Shown: piece by piece, positions 58,195 through 64,000 of the stretch
How the letters are laid out: every line of letters starts with the position of its first letter
How positions within the stretch are numbered: the first letter of the stretch is position 1
Assembly (NCBI GenBank): GCA_934202735.1
Contig: CAKPYH010000005.1
Span: 23,126-87,125, forward strand
Source of the DNA: an uncultured Alphaproteobacteria bacterium
GTDB taxonomy: Bacteria > Pseudomonadota > Alphaproteobacteria > CAAHEQ01 > UBA3637
Reading direction: 5' to 3'
Length of the DNA stretch: 64,000 nucleotides
Made by a program: the position numbers and the translations under genes
Notes under the pieces: model-generated
Databases searched by the model: none
Told to the model about the DNA's origin: nothing
Seen by the model: only the letters and a program-made list of their open reading frames with translations

Positions 58195-59526
58195 ATGATT
58201 ACGGTGAAGTTGATTGCCCAAACGGATAAAGATGTAACGACATTGTCATCGCATGCGGCCAAAACGTGTTATACCGCTACGGTGCCGGAAATGGGGGCTT
58301 TGATTGATGTGCGTGCCCGCTTGTTCCAACCGGGACATCATACAACGATTGAACACAATTCTTTTACTTTTAACATTGATGGGGCATCGGTGTCATCGGT
58401 GGTGTTCGGATTGCATCTGAACGCGCCTTATTATAATTCCGATCAGCGGTCGGGTCGGTTTTCTAAAATGTACAGCGAACCGGATTTAGACGAGATTGAC
58501 CGGTACTTGAAAACGTTTTATCCGACTGAAAATACAGCCGCCGCTGTCCGCTTTATCGGGCAGGGGTTGGATGTTTACCGGGAGAACATTGATCGTTTGA
58601 CCACTTTGGCGGCCGAGACGATTCGGACGGATCGGCCTTTGGCCAATGATAAGTATATTGCCCAGAATGCCCCCAAGTTTGCCCAAGAACAACTGCGTAT
58701 GTTTGTGTCTCAAGTCATGCCGACATCGTTGGACATGACGTTGGATATGTCGGCGTTGTGTGCGTTGTGGCGGGTGGCGTGGTCGCCGGAAATGCGGACG
58801 ATTACGGATCAAATGCGTGATGAAGTTCTGCGTGTGCAACCGGATTTATCCTATATGTTTGCCGAAACGGCAAGGCAGAATCGGGATTGGTCGCCCCGCA
58901 TGAATATGACGCGTCCATCGGTTCATACCGAACCGACGTGTATCCTGCTATCGGCGGACCCGGTGATCGGGGAAGATCCGACAGCCAAAGATTCCGTAGA
59001 TATTTTGCCGTTTTCTCCGATGGCAATGAACAATAATACGGCAACGATTACGTCCGAAGTTTCCGTTTCGTGTGCAACCATGGGGCAAGATCAACGGCAT
59101 CGTTCCATTCGGCGGGGTGAGCCGGTGATGACCGGAGCATTTTATTTGCCCCCCTTATTGAAAATGGCGGGTATGCAGGATGTGGCGTTGCAATACATGC
59201 AATCGTATGCCGACTTGTCGTATGTGGTATCGCCGGCTTTGATGACGACAATAGCCCCCTATGGTGTCATGGTGATGTATCGGAAATCGGCCAACTGGAA
59301 TGCTTTACGTCATGAACAGGGAAAACGGTTGTGTTGGTGTGCGCAGGAAGAGATTTACGAACTGTCTTGCCAACTGCGTGACATGATCAAAAACCGTGTG
59401 CCGGCGTTGGCTGATCGCTTGGCTCCGCCGTGTTATCAGGGAACGTGTCGGGAAGGGGTACGCTTTTGCGGCCGACAGTGTAATCGGACCGCTACGCCGG
59501 ACTATTTTGTGCGCCGGCGGGTGTAA
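58195..59526 (+). CDS. ThyX-like (flavin-dependent thymidylate synthase family) protein, double length with Cys-rich C-terminus
   Basis: AAGGAG SD, then ATG 58195. N-half: PGHHTTIEHNSFTFNIDGAS (ThyX GHxSxxEH..FTF block) and DQRSGRF. C-half: QDQRHRS (RHR of the ThyX motif). Tail: CWC..C..CYQGTCREGVRFCGRQC. 443 aa. Confidence 0.65.
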   Translation: MITVKLIAQTDKDVTTLSSHAAKTCYTATVPEMGALIDVRARLFQPGHHTTIEHNSFTFNIDGASVSSVVFGLHLNAPYYNSDQRSGRFSKMYSEPDLDEIDRYLKTFYPTENTAAAVRFIGQGLDVYRENIDRLTTLAAETIRTDRPLANDKYIAQNAPKFAQEQLRMFVSQVMPTSLDMTLDMSALCALWRVAWSPEMRTITDQMRDEVLRVQPDLSYMFAETARQNRDWSPRMNMTRPSVHTEPTCILLSADPVIGEDPTAKDSVDILPFSPMAMNNNTATITSEVSVSCATMGQDQRHRSIRRGEPVMTGAFYLPPLLKMAGMQDVALQYMQSYADLSYVVSPALMTTIAPYGVMVMYRKSANWNALRHEQGKRLCWCAQEEIYELSCQLRDMIKNRVPALADRLAPPCYQGTCREGVRFCGRQCNRTATPDYFVRRRV

Positions 59527-59532
59527 AAAACG

Positions 59533-59561
59533 TTGACTTTTGGGCGGGGGCAGGGTATACT
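59533..59561 (+). promoter_or_regulatory. sigma70-type promoter TTGACT-17-TATACT upstream of valS
   Basis: -35 at 59533-59538, 17-nt spacer, -10 at 59556-59561. Confidence 0.6.
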
Positions 59562-59596
59562 GACCCCTACATTATGCTTATAAATGGAGTTTTTTG

Positions 59597-62239
59597 ATGC
59601 AACAAACAGAGATGGACAAATACTTTAATCCGCAACAAGCCGAAGACAAATGGTATCGGATTTGGGAAGAACAAAATTGTTTTCATGCCGAACGGGATCC
59701 GAATAAAACGCCCTACACCATTATGATTCCGCCCCCCAATGTGACGGGCAAGTTGCACATCGGACATGCGTTCACCATGACGATGCAGGATATTATTATC
59801 CGTATGAAACGTATGCAGGGTTTCAGTGCCTTGTGGCTGCCCGGTACCGATCATGCCAGTATTGCCACCGAAGCCAAAGTGGTGGACTTGATTAAAAAAG
59901 AAGGCTTGTCTAAAACGGCTTTGGGCCGTGACGGGTTTTTGAAGCGGGCTTGGGCTTGGAAAGAAGAATACGGTGGCACGATTATCAAGCAACTGAAACG
60001 CTTGGGGGCTTCATGCGACTGGGCCCGGGAACGCTTTACGTTAGATGACGGGTTGAGCCATGCGGTGCAAAAAGTGTTTATTGATTTGTACCACGAAGGT
60101 TTGATTTACCGGGGCGAACGATTGGTAAATTGGTGCCCGTGTTGTCATACGTCTATTTCTGATGCGGAAGTGGAATATGAAGAAGAACAAGGGTCTTTGT
60201 GGTATATTCGCTATGATGCGCCGGACAAGTCGTATGCGGTGGAAGTGGCAACAACACGGCCCGAAACCATGCTGGGGGATACGGCGGTGGCCGTGAATCC
60301 CAAGGATGAACGGTATGCTCACATGATCGGAAAAACGGTGGTTGTGCCGATTGTCAACCGGGAAATTCCGGTGATTGCGGATCCGTTTGTTGAAATGGAA
60401 TTCGGGACCGGTGCGGTAAAAATTACCCCGGCTCATGATTTTAACGACTTTGCGGCCGGCAAGCGGTTCGGTCTGGAAATTATCCGGGTGATTGATGAAG
60501 ACGGCCACATGTTGCCTTTGGTGGCAAAGTATGCCGGTATGCCGATCCTGCAAGCCCGTGCCGGGATTGTGGAAGAATTGCAGGCTTTGGGCAATTTAAC
60601 GAAGATTGAACCGTATATGCACAAAGTGGGTAAGTGCTATCGGTGCCACAAAACGGTTGAACCGATGATGTCCAAGCAATGGTTTGTTAAAATGGATACC
60701 ATGGCGCCGCCGGCGATTGATGCCGTTAAAAACGGAGATATTACTATGTATCCGGACCGGTTTGACAAGATCTATTATCACTGGATGGAAAATATCCAGG
60801 ATTGGTGTATTTCACGGCAACTGTGGTGGGGACACCGAATTCCGGCCTATTATTGCGATCAATGTCATGCCGTGTATGTGGGTGAACAGGCTCCGACACA
60901 TGCGTGTTCTTGCGGATGTACCCATTGGACGCAGGACGAAGATACCTTGGATACATGGTTCAGTTCGGCATTATGGCCGTTTTCCACTTTGGGGTGGCCG
61001 GAAGAAACGCCGGATTACAAGTATTTTTATCCGACATCCACCTTGATTACGGGCAGTGATATTTTGTTCTTTTGGGTGGCACGTATGATTTTCTCGGCCT
61101 TGAAACAAACGGGGAAAGCCCCGTTTAACAAAGTGGTCTTGCATGGTTTGGTGCGTGATGCTTTGGGGCGTAAAATGTCCAAGAGCTTGAATAACGGGAT
61201 TGATCCGTTGACGGTCATTGATGAATACGGGGCCGATGCGTTGCGTTTTTCGTTGATTCAAGGGATGTCTCTTGAAACGGATATTCGGTATTCCATGGAT
61301 CGTTTAACTACGGCCAAAGCCTTTATCAATAAACTGTGGAACTCGGCCAAGTTTGTGCTGGGGTCCGTTGCGGGTGTGGATATGGCCACGGCACAAGATG
61401 CAGACCTGCAACCCGAAGACAAATGGTTTATCATGAAGTTAAACGCGGTGATTACGGCCGTGACAACGGAATTGGATACCTTTGAGTTCGGTTTAGCTTT
61501 CCAAAAGTTATATGACTTTTTCTGGAATGATTTTTGCAGTACCTATATTGAAATGGTCAAACCGCGGTTGACGGACGAAACGTGCCCGACCCGTCCCGTA
61601 GCGGCCCGAACCCTGATGCGGGCCTTGGTGACGGTTTTGAAATTGATGCACCCGTTCATGCCTTTCGTAACGGAAGAAATTTATTCCAAACTGAATGACG
61701 GGCACCGGGATTTGTTGGTGGTTTCGGCTTGGCCGGTGGCAGGAACGGAACACGATGATGCGGATTACGAAAACATTGAGTTGTTGAAGTATTTTATGAC
61801 CAGCATTCGGAACGTACGGGCGAACATGAACATTCAACCGAATCGTAAAACGACATTGATTTTTGTGACGACCGATAAAGCGGACTTTATGCGGACGGCA
61901 ACACCGATTTTGAAGAAGTTGGCTTTTGCCAAAGATGTGGTGATACAACCGACTAAGGACGGAATCCCCGTGAATGCGATTTGTATAGAAGGGTTGTCTG
62001 CATCGGTTTATATTCCGTTTGAAGATTTGGTGGATATAGCGGCCGAGATTGAACGGTTGACCACCGAACAGGCCAAGTATCAAGCCTTGATTGAACGCGT
62101 GGAACGGCAACTGGCGAACGAACAGTTTATTGCCAAGGCTCCGGCGGATAAAGTGGCGGCCGAACGGCAAAAGTTGGCGGATTTCCAACGGTTGTTGGCC
62201 TCCACCCAAGACCGGTTGAATGAATTAAAGCAACATTGA
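59597..62239 (+). CDS. valS: valyl-tRNA synthetase
   Basis: HIGH-type motif PPNVTGKLHIGHA, KMSKS present (GRKMSKSLNNG), C-terminal coiled-coil. ATG 59597 lies 7 nt after TGGAG; the ORF-track TTG 59594 is one codon upstream. Confidence 0.98.
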   Translation: MQQTEMDKYFNPQQAEDKWYRIWEEQNCFHAERDPNKTPYTIMIPPPNVTGKLHIGHAFTMTMQDIIIRMKRMQGFSALWLPGTDHASIATEAKVVDLIKKEGLSKTALGRDGFLKRAWAWKEEYGGTIIKQLKRLGASCDWARERFTLDDGLSHAVQKVFIDLYHEGLIYRGERLVNWCPCCHTSISDAEVEYEEEQGSLWYIRYDAPDKSYAVEVATTRPETMLGDTAVAVNPKDERYAHMIGKTVVVPIVNREIPVIADPFVEMEFGTGAVKITPAHDFNDFAAGKRFGLEIIRVIDEDGHMLPLVAKYAGMPILQARAGIVEELQALGNLTKIEPYMHKVGKCYRCHKTVEPMMSKQWFVKMDTMAPPAIDAVKNGDITMYPDRFDKIYYHWMENIQDWCISRQLWWGHRIPAYYCDQCHAVYVGEQAPTHACSCGCTHWTQDEDTLDTWFSSALWPFSTLGWPEETPDYKYFYPTSTLITGSDILFFWVARMIFSALKQTGKAPFNKVVLHGLVRDALGRKMSKSLNNGIDPLTVIDEYGADALRFSLIQGMSLETDIRYSMDRLTTAKAFINKLWNSAKFVLGSVAGVDMATAQDADLQPEDKWFIMKLNAVITAVTTELDTFEFGLAFQKLYDFFWNDFCSTYIEMVKPRLTDETCPTRPVAARTLMRALVTVLKLMHPFMPFVTEEIYSKLNDGHRDLLVVSAWPVAGTEHDDADYENIELLKYFMTSIRNVRANMNIQPNRKTTLIFVTTDKADFMRTATPILKKLAFAKDVVIQPTKDGIPVNAICIEGLSASVYIPFEDLVDIAAEIERLTTEQAKYQALIERVERQLANEQFIAKAPADKVAAERQKLADFQRLLASTQDRLNELKQH

Positions 62240-62251
62240 TTTATGCGAACA

Positions 62252-62283
62252 AACGGGTCCGATTTGCGGGCCCGTTTTTTTCT
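62252..62283. terminator. intrinsic terminator between convergent valS and the radical SAM gene
   Basis: AACGGGTCC-loop-GGGCCCGTT stem followed by TTTTTTT on the plus strand. Confidence 0.8.
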
Positions 62284-62296
62284 GTGGACAATCGGT

Positions 62297-63487
62297 TTAG
62301 GTCAGAATGCGCAAGATATCCTTATGATAATCGTCCAGTTCTAATGTATCTATCCACGCGTCTGTAATGGGGGTTTTGTCTTTCAGATAAAAAACACCGT
62401 TTTTATCCATATACCCCTGTGTCAGGGCTTGCAAAATACGGTCTTGCGAATTGGTGGGGATATTGTCCCGTCCCCATTGTTCAATGGCGTGATAGCACAT
62501 CTGTTGCGTGGGTGTTGTGGCTTCGCAACCGCCCAAACACACTAACGCAAAAGGACAAGTGGCACAATGCCCTTTCAAAGCCTTAAACTTTTTCAGGCGA
62601 TGATTCCAGGAACAAAAATCTTTATGCTTGCGAATCTCGGCAATAGGGGTCTCTTTAACGTTGCCTTCTATGTAGGCATCATCATACAGGGCCAAGCACC
62701 CAACAATGGTACCGTCCGAACGGATCCCCAGGTTTTTGCGCCCGGCCATACAGCCGGTCCAGTATTTGTTGGGGACATGATTGGGCAATGCTTTGGAATA
62801 GTATCCGAAATTATGCATACAAAACAGGTCTAATTCCCGACCTTGATACCGTTTCAGGGTTTGTGCGGCAAAGATACCGCAACAATAAAACCCGAAGTCA
62901 TCCAGGGCCAGTTCTTTTTTCATGCGTCCGGTTAAAGCACTATGCTCCATTTGCCAGGTATGATAACCCTTTTCCAACATCAGGTTGCGAAACGCCTTTA
63001 ATTCAACGATATTCAGCTTGTTGATTGTGGTGATAATGGTAAGAGAAAGCCCTTTGTTATGGACTTTTTGGGCCGCATTCCAAGCCTGTTGATAACACCC
63101 GGGCACCTGCCTGATCCGATCGTGTGTAGCCGCCGTTGCCCCATCAATACTGATTCCGATACCCCGAACATGGGCTTGCTTGATATAGTCTAACTTGTCA
63201 TCGGTCAGGGCCAAGCCGTTGGTGATAATGGCGACTTTGATGTTGGTGTTTGATAATTCCGTCAATAACTCTTTCCAATGGGGGTACAAAAAATACTCGC
63301 CCCCGATCAGGGTTAAAACCGAACACCCGATGTCATTCAGTTGACGGACAACGGAACGGGCTTGATCAAAACTCAAGTTGTTGGGACGATCACACCCCGC
63401 CGCTGATCCGCAGTGCAGACATTTAGCATTGCATTTCAGGGTCAATTCCCATACGGCCGTTGCAATTTTGGGGGAACAAAAGGCCAT
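62297..63487 (-). CDS. radical SAM / SPASM-domain protein (putative peptide or protein maturase)
   Basis: CNAKCLHC (CxxxCxxC) at residues about 19-26. C-terminal Cys-rich SPASM-like region (GCMAGRKNLGIRSDGTIVGC ... CATCPFALVCLGGC), plus an extra tail of about 65 aa. Confidence 0.88.
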   Translation of the reverse strand: MAFCSPKIATAVWELTLKCNAKCLHCGSAAGCDRPNNLSFDQARSVVRQLNDIGCSVLTLIGGEYFLYPHWKELLTELSNTNIKVAIITNGLALTDDKLDYIKQAHVRGIGISIDGATAATHDRIRQVPGCYQQAWNAAQKVHNKGLSLTIITTINKLNIVELKAFRNLMLEKGYHTWQMEHSALTGRMKKELALDDFGFYCCGIFAAQTLKRYQGRELDLFCMHNFGYYSKALPNHVPNKYWTGCMAGRKNLGIRSDGTIVGCLALYDDAYIEGNVKETPIAEIRKHKDFCSWNHRLKKFKALKGHCATCPFALVCLGGCEATTPTQQMCYHAIEQWGRDNIPTNSQDRILQALTQGYMDKNGVFYLKDKTPITDAWIDTLELDDYHKDILRILT

Positions 63488-63488
63488 C

Positions 63489-63977
63489 TCAATCCTGAAA
63501 ATCCCGTGGATTCATGGTATCACCATAGAAAGAAGCGTCGTTGACATCTACAAAATAATCTTCTGATCCCGGTGTCGGCCACACATTCGCTATGACACGC
63601 CCCATAACCAACAAAAACATGATCCCCAGAGACGTGAGTAAGATCAGAAACAACGGACGGTTTGCTTTTTCTATGCGGATAAATTCTTTTGGGTTACCGC
63701 TGTAGGTGCTCTTTTTATCTTCAAACACCATCTTTGTATCAGAGGCAGAAACGCGTTTACAGATTTTTGTGATTGCCTGGCCGTCTTGCATGAAGGTAAT
63801 TTTGAATTTTCCTTTTCGCCGGAAAGCCCAGATTGCTAAAGGAATAAAGGCTACAGCACCGATCAGGGCGATAAGGGAAAGTATAAATGAGATAGCTCCT
63901 ATCCAGTTGAAAGTATCCCAGTAAAGATCCGCAACGAAGGTCGCCCCGCACAGGATGGAACCTAAAATAAGAAGCAT
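63489..63977 (-). CDS. hypothetical 3-TM membrane protein (possibly longer; frame still open at window edge)
   Basis: Stop 63489-63491 lies 1 nt before the radical SAM ATG, suggesting translational coupling. Two N-terminal TM helices, a basic loop of about 60 aa, a third TM helix and an acidic C-terminal tail. No in-frame stop between 63978 and 64000. Confidence 0.55.
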   Translation of the reverse strand: MLLILGSILCGATFVADLYWDTFNWIGAISFILSLIALIGAVAFIPLAIWAFRRKGKFKITFMQDGQAITKICKRVSASDTKMVFEDKKSTYSGNPKEFIRIEKANRPLFLILLTSLGIMFLLVMGRVIANVWPTPGSEDYFVDVNDASFYGDTMNPRDFQD

Positions 63978-64000
63978 CCCTTTCAGGAAAGTGGTGATTG

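Overview
Dense, mostly core chromosomal window from a Gram-negative bacterium. Synteny suggests an alphaproteobacterium: TolC/DUF2497-like pair, tRNA-Trp-secE-nusG-rplKAJL-rpoBC, pal-cpoB-tilS-ftsH, mlaEF, lolCD. Secreted ankyrin-repeat proteins, visibly AT-richer orphan gene islets and missing operon partners hint at a host-associated lifestyle; this is inference only. I support about 55 CDS, 5 tRNA genes (Trp, Thr, Cys, Asn, Ser, all with encoded CCA), many canonical sigma70 promoters (TTGAC/t-17-TATAnT) and several intrinsic terminators. I saw no rRNA, CRISPR array, transposase, integrase or phage gene. The most interesting items are: (1) a radical SAM/SPASM gene translationally coupled to a membrane protein at the right edge, where the locus is cut by the window; (2) a perfect 3 x 23-bp tandem repeat that triplicates the -10/SD region of a secreted gene with a bilobed hydrophobic domain; (3) a double-length ThyX-like protein with a Cys-rich tail; (4) a Cys-rich micro-ORF wedged between nusG and rplK; (5) an AT-rich GT2 plus GT2-GT8 fusion glycosyltransferase islet; (6) apparently leaderless rnd, rnhA and one orphan gene; (7) a head-only class II tRNA nucleotidyltransferase overlapping an orphan type IV pilin gene; (8) an Asd-fold protein lacking the catalytic Cys/His. 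All functional calls come from reading motifs by eye, with no database search.
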